From Paraphysomonas bandaiensis (taxonomy: Eukaryota; Protista; Chrysophyceae), in assembly GCA_965644295.1 (NCBI GenBank), contig CBFFRP010000314.1, forward strand, positions 109,458-173,457: DNA of 64,000 bases, read 5' to 3'. The notes below the pieces were generated by a model, which was not told where the DNA came from, did not search any database, and saw nothing but the letters and a program-made list of their open reading frames with translations. Of this stretch, positions 23,352 through 37,245 are shown one piece after another (the first letter of the stretch is position 1; each line of letters begins with the position of its first letter). Both the position numbers and the translations under genes were made by a program.

Positions 23352-24348
23352 CTAAAAGCCACGTATGGACGTTGAGCGACTTTGGGGAACGGTTCCTTCT
23401 TTCTGCATTGCGAGGTAGAAATCTGTGCCTTTCTCAGACTGGTGCATTTTTCCAGGCGAGGTAATCGGCGGGGGGTAGAGTTGCGTGTAATAGTGTTTTT
23501 GAATGTCAGATAATTGCTCAAACACCTACATAGAACTAGTTACACATGGCTTGATCACAAGTTAACTGTATTCTCACCTCTCCACAGTTTTGCTCTGACT
23601 TTCGAAGATTTTTCTTGAGCCATTCGGTTGACTGTTCCCCTTTCACTTTTGGTAATGAATAGGCATTGGAAATTCCGAAACTACCAGTGGTGGGCCGCGA
23701 GTGGGAATTCTCTCGGTTCTGTGGGGTTGGCGACGACGGTTTACTATTGGGCCTCGATTCACTCATAATTACTTTGGAAATAACTTGTTGGGATTTTTCT
23801 ATTTGACCTTCATGTCTTCTCGAAACACTGATGATTGAGTCAACTCTCTGAATATTTGCCAACCGTTGTGCTCTACCCTTATTTCGGCTAAATACCTTTT
23901 CAATATCTTTCGCCCGAATTTCAGCATCGTCCACGATATGTTTAAGAAGAACACTTCTTCGCTCTTGTACTAGGAGAGTTTCAGGGGCAAAAGTCTCACG
24001 ATAATCTATGAGGGCATCAAGCTTCCCAAGATCAAACACTTGGGCTATAATATACCGCTGAGCAGCTTCTAAAAATTCCTCGTATGTAATAGCGCCGATC
24101 TTGTTGTATTTAGCAAACATCGAAGCTATGTCGGCTTTGGACTTCATAACACCGGCTGAAAAGAGGGCTCTCGACAAATCGTGGATTCCAATGCCATTAT
24201 TTTCTATCCCAGGCAGCGAACAGAACCATTTACGGTACCGCGACACTTGCTCCGACGACAGTAATACTTTAGGCTTCTTCATGGATGAGTTGATGGATGG
24301 GAGTTTCGAGCCTAACGATGAGTCGTCTCGAAGCTCAGGAGGCTGCAT
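23352..24348 (-). CDS. Hypothetical protein with degenerate EF-hand-like N-terminal region, 2 exons
   Basis: YRKWFCSLPGIENNGIGIHDLSRAL...MFAKYNKIGAITYEEFL; intron ~23527-23577. Confidence 0.55.
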
Positions 24349-24949
24349 GTTTATATCGACCACAATCTTTCGGTTCAGTATTATATGTATCCGTACGCAG
24401 TTCCACAGCTCACTGCAGACTCAACAGAAGAAGTCACCACTAACGGTGAATGGCTGTGTTGAATATATCACACTACGATAAATTAAATTTCATTACATTG
24501 AATTCAGGCACCTCCATGTATCTGCCCTGCTCCGGGGGCATATGGATCACATCACATCCAAGGCGAGGTGTTGGTATCATCGTCAGCGTTTTTCAGTTTC
24601 AAAGGAATACATACTGCTGTATACTGTACACACATGTCCATGGATGTGCTGCACGGATCTTGTAGGAATTCCTACTCGACACTGGAGAAGAATACAATTT
24701 TTGGAATACGTACACGTACGTACCCAATACCCTCAACCGATTCCCACAATGACATCAGACATGCTTATCAAAATTTTCAGTTTCAGCCGAAAGGATAGGC
24801 TGTTGAAGATACCAATAGATTCTAGATTCTTTTGGAGCACTGCTTTCAACACATTTCTGTTACATACATATGCTCATGCGCAACACACAGAAGCTGTGAC
24901 ACTATCACAATTACACCGCCGCCGCTACTGCATAAGATCATACTACAAA

Positions 24950-25684
24950 ATGGACAGAGATTCACTCGTGTACATGGCTAAGTTGGCCGAGCAGGCTGAG
25001 AGATTCGACGAGATGGTTGATCATATGAAAGCAGTGGCTCAGCAGCCTCAAGAGCTCACTGTCGAAGAGAGAAACCTCCTTTCTGTTGCCTACAAGAACG
25101 TCATTGGTTCCCGTCGTGCATCCTGGAGAGTGATCTCATCCATCGAGCAGAAGGGAGAGGCGGAGCGTCTGTCTCTTATTGCTAACTATAAGAGCAAGAT
25201 CGAGTCGGAGCTAGAGGACATCTGCGGTGACATTCTCGAGATCATCAAGAACGAGCTCATCCCTAACTCGGACTCTGAGGAGGGTAAAGTGTTCTACTAC
25301 AAGATGAAGGGTGACTACCACAGATACTTGGCTGAGTTCCAGTCCGGCGATGTGCGCAAGGAGTCCGCCGCTAAGGCCCTCGAGGCTTACTCATCCGCAT
25401 CTACCATTGCTAACTCCGATTTGCCTCCTACCCACCCTATCAGACTTGGCCTTGCCCTCAACTTCTCCGTGTTTTACTACGAAATTCTCAACTCCCCTGA
25501 TCGCGCTTGCCAGCTCGCTAAGCAGGCCTTCGACGATGCCATCGCTGAGCTCGATACTCTCTCTGAAGAATCCTACAAGGACTCGACTCTCATTATGCAA
25601 CTTCTCAGAGACAACCTGACACTGTGGACCTCCGATCAGCCTGAGCACGGTGATGAGGGTGACGTTCAAGTAGAAGACCTGTAG
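24950..25684 (+). CDS. 14-3-3 protein, intronless, 244 aa
   Basis: [74 protein letters not shown]; strong codon bias. Confidence 0.98.
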   Translation: MDRDSLVYMAKLAEQAERFDEMVDHMKAVAQQPQELTVEERNLLSVAYKNVIGSRRASWRVISSIEQKGEAERLSLIANYKSKIESELEDICGDILEIIKNELIPNSDSEEGKVFYYKMKGDYHRYLAEFQSGDVRKESAAKALEAYSSASTIANSDLPPTHPIRLGLALNFSVFYYEILNSPDRACQLAKQAFDDAIAELDTLSEESYKDSTLIMQLLRDNLTLWTSDQPEHGDEGDVQVEDL

Positions 25685-26033
25685 ATTGTTGAAAGTTTCT
25701 AAAGTAGATATATTGTAGTTGTCGTATGCATATGTAATTATCGGCAAGCCTAATAATACGAATACTGACACTAATACGGAGCACCGTTAATTGTAGACAT
25801 TAGCACCGCGTTTTCACTGCGAACCTAAATCCCAATGTATGTCTACGTATTGGAACGCCCTCTCATGACTCAGTGGAATTGAATTTGCCACCTATACCAA
25901 TATATTGGAGTTGCAATAATTGGTTTGGTGTCAAAATATTTATGTTCTGAACTACTTGCGGATGCTTAAACAAATCTAGTTTAGGTTAAACTGCAAGTGG
26001 ATAAAGGGTTAGGCTTAATGGGAGGGAAGTAAG

Positions 26034-29000
26034 TAACAGAAGTTGACATTATTTGCTAAGGTTTACTATTCTCAACTGATAAGATGAAATTATAAACATT
26101 ACATGATAAAGAACCTAAGTTGTGTTCGATGTGTTCAACACCATTCATTTACTACTATAGTGTACAAACCACACACTCAGTGATCGTATCCTGTATAGTC
26201 ATCCACTTCTACTTCAGTTTCATACTACATAATATAATGTACTAATTACATATATATCTTTCGATCCTTGCATCTCACATAATACTGCACTCAATTGCAA
26301 GTATATAGAATCTTCAGATCTCAACACTCCCCCTCAATTGAGTGTTGTACTATGACGCCTCCCAGCTATTGAATGCCTGAGATAAAAAAAATTCTTGACA
26401 GTAAAATAGACTCATCTCTAAGTCTAAACCTCTGTCTAAAAAACTCAGTACCTACTTGCGCCTTCTTTTATCCCTTGGTCCCTCATTAATCACTTCAGTG
26501 GAACTCTTAACTTTCTCTCCAAGATTTCTCTTTCTCTGCTCCATATATGATAAACCAACCAATGACTTTGTATAAATATCTGCTGCTTGTTGCGATGTAT
26601 GCACATGCACTAACTTAATCGTATTGAACTGATTGGGATCCACGTGCTCTCTCACCATGTGATACTTAATCTCAATGTGCTTCGACTTCTTGTGAAACAC
26701 TGGGTTTTCGGCCAAATCCTGGGCACTCTGACTGTCGATGAAGAATGGTGTGGGTTTGATGAGCCTCAACTTAATCTCACCCGTCACCCCCCGAACCCAT
26801 AGCACTTCTTGGAGACCCGAGTAAATACACTGATACTCAGACTGCATGCTTGACGTTGCCACTGTCGTCTGCAGTTTGGACTGCCAGACTATAGGCCCTC
26901 CCGCTGCAAACCCAACGTACCCCGACGTGGACTTCCTGGAGAGCTGATCTCCCGCCCAATCCGCGTCAGTAAACATATGGAAGTCGAACCGTCTACTCCC
27001 ATATTGAATCCCTTTGTCAATAGAACCACGAATATATTGCCATACATGTGTTAATAGCTTGCATACTTCAATATTCACCTTATTACTGAACCGAGACAGT
27101 ACTCCCACTGCATAGGCAATATCCGGCCTCGTGTTCATCGATAGATATAGTAATGCACCTATCAGCGGCCGATATGGGAAGTTATCTACTATAAGCTGTT
27201 CCTCCTCGGTATGCTCATGCCGCGCCCCTTTTGCCACTAAATCCATTGCTTCCGCCGGTAGAGGACTCTTCCGTACCTTTCGCGGTGACCCAAGATACTT
27301 TTCAAACTTTTCTAAGATCTTAGCCGCATATACTGATTGGTCAAGACGAATATACTCTGGCGTTCTTGTGACTCGAACATTCAGAAAATGTTCCATCTCG
27401 CCCATATCCTTCATATCAAACCGGGCACACAGTTGAGCTTTAATATCCTTCACTATGTTGACATCACGACCTAACACTAGGATATCATCCACATATATCG
27501 TTAATAATATCAATTCATCGCCCTTATACTGATAATACAAACACGGGTCTAATACACATGGTTTAAAATGCATAGATCGTATGAATTTATCCAATGTTTT
27601 CCACCACGACCGCGGGGAACTCCGAAGCCCGTATAACGACTTCTTCAACTTAAAGCAGTACCCCTCAGGCAGCTGAAAGTCCGGAGTTGCCTTCATATAT
27701 ACATCCCCCTCTATATCTGCATATAGAAATGCGTTAGACACATCCAGTTGATGAATTACCATGTTCATCACGAAAGCTATGGCGATTAACAGTCGCACTG
27801 TTACCCCCTTAACAACGGGTGCGAAATGGTTCGCCCAACCACTCGACTGCTGTCCACAACCGATTGCTACAAGACGAGCCTTATATCGGCGGACCTCTCC
27901 CTCCTTATCGTACTTCTTTCCATAGACGTACTTGGAGTGCAGTGGGACGACTCCGTCCGGTATACGAGTCACCTCCATGGTATCTCGCTTCGCCAAACCC
28001 TCTCGCTCTACACGGCGAGCTCGTCTCCACTCCCTGTGCTCGGCACTCTCCAAGGACTCACGATGTGTCTGAGGCACTGTCGACTCTTCCGCTGACATCC
28101 ACACTGAGTCTGCCTCCTGTAAAAGGTCACTCACATCACTCTCATCACTCAAATGATGGATTTGTCCTAACACCGACACATTCGTTACCGTCCTTGGAGT
28201 TCTTGCGCGTTTGCCGTGCGGATGATTCTCGGCAGGGGTCCCTTCCCCCGAAGGTAATGCTGAGTCAGCCTGGGGCTGCACCTGCCCACTTTCCGACTGC
28301 TGTGGCACCACTCCGCTGATACCGCCGTCACGGTTGTCAGTAACTCTGGCCCTAACCACCCTCTGCGCAAGATCCTCTGTCATCTTCTTGATGTCAGCAA
28401 TATGAATAGGAGTTTTATCCTCCACTTGAACCTGGTTACCAGTAACCAACGACCGGTATCCCACAATAAGTCCCTTCCTTATCACCACTCTGTTAGTCTT
28501 GTATAGCAGACCACCATCCTCATGGTGCTTTCCGATAAGATACTCAAACTCACCCGGTTGACGAGCCTCGGGATCTATAGCCACTTGAGCCTCCTCCAGC
28601 TCTCTATAATAATCCTGAGACCTCTCAGGTACCGATTCATCAAATAATACATGTACAGAGTGTACTACGGTGTCCCCCACTAGCACCTTGTATCCTTTTC
28701 GATCAGCTGGATACCCTATGAAATAACCTGTCATTGCTTTGTCCTCCCAGTCCTTCCTCCTGTCGGCCTTGGGTGTTAGCACATATGCTTTGCACCCCCA
28801 TTTCCGTAGCCACGATAGGCTGGGAACGCTCCCCCTGGGACACACTCATATGGAGACATCCATCCTTGCCACGTCCGAGTTGGCATTCGTCGCACAATGT
28901 AACATGCAGTTTGATAAGCATCAAACCAGAACGACTTTGGAAGTCCAGATGCCGTCAACATCGTCAGTGTCATCTCCCCAATTGTTCGGAATTTCCTCTC

Positions 29001-31326
29001 AGACACCGCGTTGAGCTCTGGCGTGTCTCGTGTTGTATGTGACACCCGAGTCCCATATCGCTGCAACAGATACTCTCTTATCTGCTGACTAATAAGTTCG
29101 GATCCTCCATCGGCATGATACTCCACTATACGGTTCCACCCCTCGTACTTCACTAAGTGGACCTCGCACAAGTGTCGTAGACATTTGAACACCTCCTCTC
29201 CGCTTCGAGTCCTCAATCCATATTCCCATATCATCTTTGTTGCTAAGTCCGTAAATAGGAGCACGTACTTATACCCTTGTCTGGATTCACAATTGAGATA
29301 GACGGAGATGTCCGCTGTTACTCTTTCCAGGAACCTGACTGCGCTTAGCTCTTCGTTGTCCCGTGATTTGAACGAATGCCTGGTTATCTTCGCCTTGGCA
29401 CACCATTTACACAGGGGTTTCTTGCAACTCTTCTCCTTTGCCTTCGAAAGGTGATGTCGTTGTAGTCCTGATCCTCTGAATAACATGTGTCGGTGAGCTT
29501 CTATTAACTTCGATTTCGAGACATGTCCAGTACGCTCATGTAAGCGATCCAACGCATCTTGTCCTGTATTATCCGACAAATTTACCTCCTCCATCTGATT
29601 GCACATAGACACATTTGGCAGATTTAACACCTCCATCAAGTCCACATACGGCATTCCTCCATGCTCATCGTACTCTCCAGTCAACACCTCGTTTCCAGAG
29701 TCCAATTCCACGATTTTAGGCTTTCGAAGCAGTTGTAATCCGTATCCCATTGATCTCAGCATTCCTCCTGACACAATGTTCTTCACCGCTTCTTCACTAA
29801 CTCTGATGTCTCTCCATTCCCCGAATGTACCAGTTCCCTGTGTCTCCAATTGAGAACCCTTTCTAGTTAGTTGGATTGCCCCAAACTCAGGAGTAAATGA
29901 CTCCAGTGCAATTTTATCCTTTACTATAAACAGTCTTTTACTTGCACAACTGTCCAGATATACACGAGGTTCTTCCGACGTATCCACCGATAGCAAAACC
30001 TCTTCTCCAAACATATTCGCTTCATCATCCGACGACTCTCCGTCGTTGACGTATTTCTTCCATTCTGTCTCGAATTTCCTGTTCGATTTTCGAGGATTCT
30101 CATTATCCGGGTTTTTTATGTTCTTCCGTTTTTTCGACTTGCACTGTCGGGCTTTATGACTAAAATCTCCACAGATATGACAACCAGTATAATCCTTTGA
30201 TCCTGGCTGCTGCACACTCTTCGAAGCCTTTTCCTTTGTCTTCCCTTTTCTTTTGAACTTATCCATTTTTCTTTGTCGTTCCTTAGCATAACAATTCGCT
30301 GCTACATGTCCCTTCTTCCGACAAAATGAACAAACCACTGGCTCCTTCGACGCCGTAAAATTGATCTCTTCAGATTTGTCTCCCTTTAGTTTCTTCAGCT
30401 GCGTCATAGCCTCGTCATACTCTTCACAAGCCTCTTTCACCGAATCAAATGTAGTTGTTGCTTTAGGCATCATCGCTACCGACATCCATAAATCATGTAA
30501 TTCCTCTATCTGCAGCGCTGCTTTTATCTTTGCTAATTTACTTGCCTCTGTCTGCGGTTGTCCCAATTTTATGAGCTTCTGGATTATACCGTTCAGTCGA
30601 TCTACCCCAACAGACACCTTTTCCCCCGGCCTTATTTTGAACGAATGGTATTCTGCCGTAGTCTTCTCCAATACAGTCCCAATCTCGCCTCTGAACCTAT
30701 CAACCAGTGTCTGAAGGAGCTCACTGGATAACACCTCCTTAGCAGGATCATCAGCAGGTAAAATTGCCTTCCCCTCCAAATATTGATTGGCTACCTCCAA
30801 CACATCAGGGTCATGCTCGCAAGCCTCCCAAATAGTACTAACACAGGTATCATTACGCTCTCTCCATGACTCTAAATTCCTTCCTCCGGCTGGCGGGTCC
30901 TCCAAGCCAAGATGGTTTCGGTTTTTCTTCATTAGATGCATCTTGATTTTTCTCGCTGAATAGTCTGCTTGGTTCTTGTCAAACCGTAGCTTCTTGTCAT
31001 CTTCCCCATCCCTACAACTACCATCCGCTACCATAACAGAAGTTGACATTATTTGCTAAGGTTTACTATTCTCAACTGATAAGATGAAATTATAAACATT
31101 ACATGATAAAGAACCTAAGTTGTGTTCGATGTGTTCAACACCATTCATTTACTACTATAGTGTACAAACCACACACTCAGTGATCGTATCCTGTATAGTC
31201 ATCCACTTCTACTTCAGTTTCATACTACATAATATAATGTACTAATTACATATATATCTTTCGATCCTTGCATCTCACATAATACTGCACTCAATTGCAA
31301 GTATATAGAATCTTCAGATCTCAACA
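26034..31326 (-). mobile_element. Full-length Ty1/copia LTR retrotransposon (family 1), 5293 bp
   Basis: Identical 293-bp LTRs (26034-26326, 31034-31326); 5-bp TSD GTAAG; PBS TGGTAGCGG; PPT GAGGGGGAG; gag zinc knuckles, protease LDSCAS, integrase, RT YVDD, RNase H DADWAG in copia order. Confidence 0.97.
26452..31049 (-). CDS. Copia gag-pol polyprotein, split by a 1-nt frameshift at the G5 run ~28831-28835
   Basis: ORFs 28776-31049 and 26452-28845 join as SPYECVPG(G)SVPSLSWLRKWG. Confidence 0.92.
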
Positions 31327-32380
31327 GTAAGAAGAGGCGTTTAAGAGTCGGTGCTTAACTCTATTGACTATTGGTCATCTTCACAATTAAGATCGTTAAA
31401 AGAAGTTTATTGTAATCAGACTAGATCCACTCTTTATTATTATTGCATACACAATTGTGTGTGTTGTTATGTAAAAGATGTCAACAACGTGATAAAAAAC
31501 TATTATACTCCTGCATATACGCTTTAGTTCAGTGTGGATAGTACCGCCCCGGAACTGCTTGCTGCAAACACCATTGTGCAACTGTTCCGAAGATGATACT
31601 TAGTCAGGTAATCGCCCTTTGGGTAACTCGCCTGTAACGCTGGCGGGTGGAGGTTTGAATGGGATGGATGTGCAGCATGTGGAGAATGGTGATTGATCGG
31701 GTAGAAGTCTGTATATGTGGCGACAGGGTGAGGCTGCAGCGGGCACGCAGAGCGGGTGGGTGAGTATGTTCGATACAGCTGCTCGGGGGGTATGGCAGCG
31801 TTGTGAAGTCTCATGGGGGGACTGCGATTAGGTGGGGAGAAAAGGAAAGTTGTGATGTCTCTGTCCCATATCTTTGACCATACTGAGCCCCCCTTCGCAT
31901 AGAGGGCGGAGCAGTGTGGTTGCCTGTCCACTATCGTTCAACCTGGGGAAGTCGTGTGATTCCACTCAGCACTGGGGATTTTGGCGAGCGCAGTTCGATA
32001 TTATAATAATAGATGAGTTATGTGAATATTATGAAGAGAAATTTATGATTAATCAAATCTATTAACGAGACTGGGTCATATCACATTGTTTATATCTGGT
32101 ACATAAAGCGATTGCTGTTATCATCTTAAGAGTGAGAAATTGGTATGATTCAATTTTATCCAACTCAAATCACGTGCACTATTTATGAGGTAAAAAAATG
32201 TTCTGACAATTTCTCAGTTTTTCTCGCAACCCTCAGTACTCCATAAATATATAATAATTATGGTCATACTCAGTCCCAACTCAGTGGCGCCCCGAGACTA
32301 CAGATTAAGTTAAGCTTTTTGTCATGAGCTAACGTTTTTTTTACAGAAAATAAGTAGAGCGGTGTGAACTGGGTCAGTAC

Positions 32381-32920
32381 CAGGGCCTGATAACCATTAA
32401 TGGCCCATTAATGGTAGTCCAGTTCCCGGCAATTTTAATGGCCATTAATACCTACTATAACTTAAAGTAGATACAACCACTAATATAATAGATAGTGTTG
32501 TGCTCCCTTAATTACTAATTTTTAGTTAATTACTAAATTTTAGCTACTTCTCGCTCTCTACTGCCACATCAGGATCATTTTACAGGGATTCATGGAGGGT
32601 ATAAACATCCCACAACATGTAATTGGCTCGTAGGAATAGTAACGATTTTAACTCTAGAATGCATTAAGAAGATAGTGAACAAAATTGTCACAAAGTTCCT
32701 GTAGAGTTGCATGAACACTGTTGTCTAATATTGTTTAGAGGTTATTCGGAGTGTAGAGGAGATACTATATTCTATATTATCTTAATAACTCTCAGTTCTA
32801 TATATAGCAGTACAGGTCATTAATGGGATACCATTAATGGTGGTCCGGTTACCGGCAATTATAATGGCATTACAATTAATGGCCATTAATGCCATTACCA
32901 TTAATGGTTACCAGGCCCTG
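32381..32920. mobile_element. 540-bp non-autonomous hAT element/MITE
   Basis: TIR CAGGGCCTG(A/G)TAACCATTAATGG; 8-bp TSD GTCAGTAC; subterminal CATTAATGG repeats. Confidence 0.93.
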
Positions 32921-33123
32921 GTCAGTACTTCTAGCAAAAACTTTCAAGTAGTTTACACAGCATCTTCACAGAACATATTTGCTTTACTCTATTTGCTTCG
33001 AATGGTAAAAACACAGGAACAGAAAATCCCACATATAAGAGATTATATATTATTACGTAGTCGAAAACGACGATGATACCTATGAATACATCGTTCTAAA
33101 TATTTACATACGTTACAGTTCTG

Positions 33124-34497
33124 CTACATCACAAAAGTTGTTTGGGAAACAGTTGATGTCGTCAAGTTGCTTAGTTGAACTTCGCGTGATACTCTTACGG
33201 CAGTACGCCCATCCACTTCAGGTATGGCGAGGCTTCCAGGACCATGATTAGACGAATCGTCCACTTTCATATACTGTCCCTGCGGCCACAGGATATCTCG
33301 TCGAAAGCCTTTCGATAATCTAGTAATCACATCATTTGTCTTGTTGGCATGAACTCCGGCATGAAGAAGAGAAGGATCCAAGACAGAGGGAAAACAACTT
33401 TCCAATTTAAGCAAAAACGCAAGAACAGTGCCGACTGTACTGTACGTAGCAAGTAGCACTCCGCACCATACTGCTTCCTGTAGGACCATAGTAAGACATG
33501 TCATATTGTTTTCCACAACACATACTTGAACGATATCATGGTCGCAGCTATCGCGGTACTTCAACCAATAAAATCCCACGCATGCCCACAGCAGACCGAA
33601 AGTGTTGATGAAACCAAGTAAATACCACACAACTGTCAGAGAGGGGGAAAAGTAACATTGCATCGTCGAGTTGTTGAGTGGTAATTCTCGTCCTGCCTCA
33701 ACACTAGAATGATTGCTTTCACTATTAAGAAGACCATCATCAGCTTGCTGCTTCAGCATAATTTGGTGCTGGTGATTGTGCCGGTCCTGAAAAAGGAGCA
33801 ACAGTGCGGAGAAGCCCATAAACATAAAAATTATCGCCCCGATCGCGCAGAAAACGTGATATGGCAACGAGCAGTCGTGCGACCTGTTAAAAAGACACTT
33901 AACAACAACAAGGGAATGCAGTATAGAAAGAGTTACTCACCAATTTCTAACCGTAGAAATCGTCTGGTATAGAGCGGCAACATAATACGGCGATACTAAT
34001 ACACACTTTTTCACCCACGGAGGAATGCAGCCACACCTTATCATTATAAGTAAACTTTGAGTGGAAGTTTCATCAGCATTGCGGAAGAAACGCTTCCAGA
34101 GTACTTGCACCCATATCCCGCACCACCACACACTGATTAGTATACAGCTCGCAAATGCAGTCCTATAGTATGGACCAGAGCACTTCCAAGCCTTGAAAGC
34201 AATCATCGTTCCTAAAACGGTCGACACTAAGGACACAGCAACACCTAAAAAGCAACTATATAAACGATACTGTAATTCCATAACTAACTCGAAACAGCGA
34301 AAGATTAACACATGAATAAGCATCCAAGAGGGGAAGGCAAGCAGATACATGGAGTAGAAGATTCCATTAGTGAAACATATTTTAATGAAAGATCCGTCCG
34401 CAACACACAGCGTCCCTGTCAGAAGAATGTATAACGACAGAGTGAGCGTGCTGATGATGTAGATCCATAGCGGTATTAGTGGGCTTGTATCGCTCAT
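33124..34497 (-). CDS. Multi-pass membrane protein of unknown function, 2 exons
   Basis: Two hydrophobic ORFs joined by intron ~33884-33939 (GTGAGT...CAG). Confidence 0.7.
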
Positions 34498-34896
34498 GCT
34501 CCTCCTCCGCTCACAGCTATGGATCCATGTATACTGCTAATGAATATTAGCCCAGTCATCTAGTCATACTCTCATAGTATCAGCTGAGTGCAGGCAGTGT
34601 ACGGGCTGCATCGATATCGCTCGGTCTGAGACTGCACATGGAATGGCATGCTGTACGGTGGTATACCTGTGTATATACAGAATACAGCCATATCAACCCA
34701 ATGAATTACAACGTTCTGATAATACCGTGATTTGATTGGTTTGTGTATTTGTGTGGGTGGGTATATGGATTCTACAGCACCAGGCTAGTGTATGCATGTC
34801 TGTCTCATCTCACCCACATCGCTCATAAGCTACACAGCCATCTGCAATCCTCTGCATTGCATGCTGATACCACACACAAATAGTGTTTCGTAACAG

Positions 34897-36422
34897 ATGG
34901 TGAAGGAGAAGAGGCTGAGGAAGATATCGTCCAGTCTCGTGTGCGCCAGAGATGGTTTTGTTCCTGATAAGTTTATACGGAGCGCTCTGGCTGATGAGGA
35001 GACTGTCTGTGTGCTCTGCAAGCTCGGACCTCAAGAGGTATACGATCCCCTCGTTGCGATGTGTATCATGTGTTTTAGGGTTCAGCCATGTCAAGTCGTT
35101 TCAAATTCTTACTTGAGCTGCTGGATCCTGACGACGACAGCTCACACACCTCTAGAATGATGAATGGACTCGATACGAATGGGGTGTGGGCCTCGTTATA
35201 TCCTATTGATATGTCAACTAATCAGTCAAAGCTGGTGTGGGTTCATTTTATATGTGCTGTGTTTTCTCCGCGTACTTGGTTACGAGAAATGCAATGGCAT
35301 AATGTAAAATCTGAAATTAGACGGTCAGCAGGCCTAGAATGTGCTGTATGCAAAACGAAGGGAGCCACGATCGGGTGTGTTGTAAATCGCTGCGGATTTG
35401 TAGCGCATGTACCCTGTGCCCTTGGATTGAACTGGGAGCCATCGGCCTTGCATCGCGAATTTATATGCCCAAAGCACCAAGAACTGCAGCGTTTGAAAGA
35501 GGCTGCTGTGGACGTCGAGTTTGCTCTTGATTTATCCAAAGGGCAAGAGCCCTTACCAGTACTAGCAGAGGGTCCGAGAGATTTCTTCTACATAGTTAGA
35601 AACCTTGACACCGAAAGTACTTCGGCCACGTCGTGTGGAATACGTTCCCTCCCGTGCTGCGAATGTGTCAACGGTTGTGTCGCCGACTCCTGCCCATGTA
35701 TATTGAGATCTAAGCTTGTGACCAGTATTCCTGAAGGTTGTGTAGTTTCGGAGTGTGGCGTGCGTTGTGAGTGCCACAGCAGAATATGTGGCGCTCGGGA
35801 GGTGGGGCGTGGGGTAGTACATCCGCTGGAGGTCTTTTTCCGTACGAATGAAGCCGGGGCGATGAAGGAGAGGGGAGTCAGAGCCCGAGATCCTATTCCA
35901 TCAGGAAGGTTTGTGTGCGAAGTTACTGGACAGTATTGTACCGCAGAAGATTTGCGTGAAGGCATTCGTAAGTCGATGAAAGTATCAGGATCTGAGTCTA
36001 TGCCAGGTGCCCTCTCTACTGAAGAGAACAAAAGAGTTTTTCGTATTGCCAGTTGGATGGAGGCCTGCAGTACAGAATCAAAGTGTGTGTATCAACTGCA
36101 CTGGAACGAAAACCAGGTTAGAATAAAACATTGATGCTTATTTACTCTATTGATGTCTCATATGTATCAGGCTTCTGACCCTTGTGATGATGATATATAT
36201 GTAAGTGTAAGATATTAATATTACTCGTGATTAATATATTCTTTAAAGTTGGACTGTAGAACGTACGGAAATGTCGGCCGTTTTGTAAGAGAAGCATATG
36301 GAGATGTAGAACCTAATCTATATCGACGTATTGCACTAATTGATCAGGTTGATTTTCGGTATCCTAGATTAGTGCTCTATGCTGCGCGTGATATACGAGC
36401 AGGAGAAGAACTCGTTGTATGA
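34897..36422 (+). CDS. Extended PHD (zf-HC5HC2H) + pre-SET + SET-domain protein, catalytic motifs degenerate
   Basis: WVHFICAVFSP...CAVCKTKGATIGC...HVPCA; pre-SET CCEC..C..C.C / ECGVRCEC; GVRARDPIPSGRFVCEVTG; last exon LDCRTYGNVGRFVREAY...ARDIRAGEELVV*; introns 35038-35078 and two near 36.1-36.25 kb. Confidence 0.85.
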
Positions 36423-36741
36423 TGCCAATTTTATAATAAAGCAAAGCGAAAATACTTTAGCTGGTATAAACTGAACTGCGTCAATAGTGCTAAATGACTG
36501 AATTCTGAAAATGACGCGAGCAGTCGTTGTGCTATTCCAGTACTCCTCTGAATATAAGTAACACGTACTACTAATATAAGTAATAAGTAACACTTTTACT
36601 ACTACCGTATATATCTAGAGGTACTCTTATTGCGAATGTTTGCCATACTACGACAAATGGATTCGTGACAGGGAATAATCATTATGTGTCACATACCTCT
36701 ATATCGAAGAATGATGCTGGTCTCTTAAAAAGTGGATATAT

Positions 36742-36925
36742 TGAATGTCTTTTTATTTAGCAATAGGCGTTAAAAACCCGTTCCGATATAGCGGCTAGTT
36801 GAATACTAGTCTACTAGTTAGACCTCTACCCATAACTAATCAGCGCAAATTCTATTATCCTACTATTTAACGCTACAGAAGCTGCTTGTGCGTCGCCGCA
36901 AGCACCAAGGTGCAACCACTTCCGT
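36742..36925 (+). repeat. Partial repeat family R copy
   Basis: TCCTACTATTTAACGCTAC...GCTTGTGCGTCGCCGCAAGCACCAAGGTGCAACCACT. Confidence 0.75.
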
Positions 36926-36996
36926 CTTAAAAAGTGGGGAACAGTGATGTGGAATGCATAGTTTGGATATGTGAAGTAAACTCTGCAACTCTGCAG

Positions 36997-37245
36997 TATT
37001 AGAATATGGATCTTATTCTAGTATATTCAGTATGTTACTTTAAATATAGTGATGATATTGAACAACTGATATAGTTTGATGTTCAGTAACGAGAGGTTCG
37101 CATATGTAGGATATTATGCGTGGATTAAAATGAGTTAGTGTTGGTTATCACAACTTCATGTAAACGATATTAATATATTAATAAATCTATCTAGTCTTAC
37201 GACAAATTCTCTCTATGATCTAGCTTAAATGAGCAATTTCCAACA
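36997..37245 (+). mobile_element. Solo LTR of copia family 2 (diverged)
   Basis: Starts TATTAGAATATGGA and ends ATGAGCAATTTCCAACA, like the LTR sense strand; flanks TGCAG/TCGAG are an imperfect TSD. Confidence 0.85.

Noticed and set aside
24542-24949. N-terminal extension of 14-3-3 in the 380-aa ORF
   Set aside because: Composition looks non-coding; the canonical start is MDRDSL at 24950
28825-28845. Programmed ribosomal frameshift in copia-1 integrase
   Set aside because: No X XXY YYZ slippery heptamer in frame, family 2 is continuous here, and one extra G in a G5 run repairs it; most likely a homopolymer error or mutation
31590-31830. U1 snRNA-like motifs (TTACCTG, TTGCAC, GGGGGACTGCG)
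   Set aside because: Motifs lie on different strands with wrong spacing and there is no Sm site
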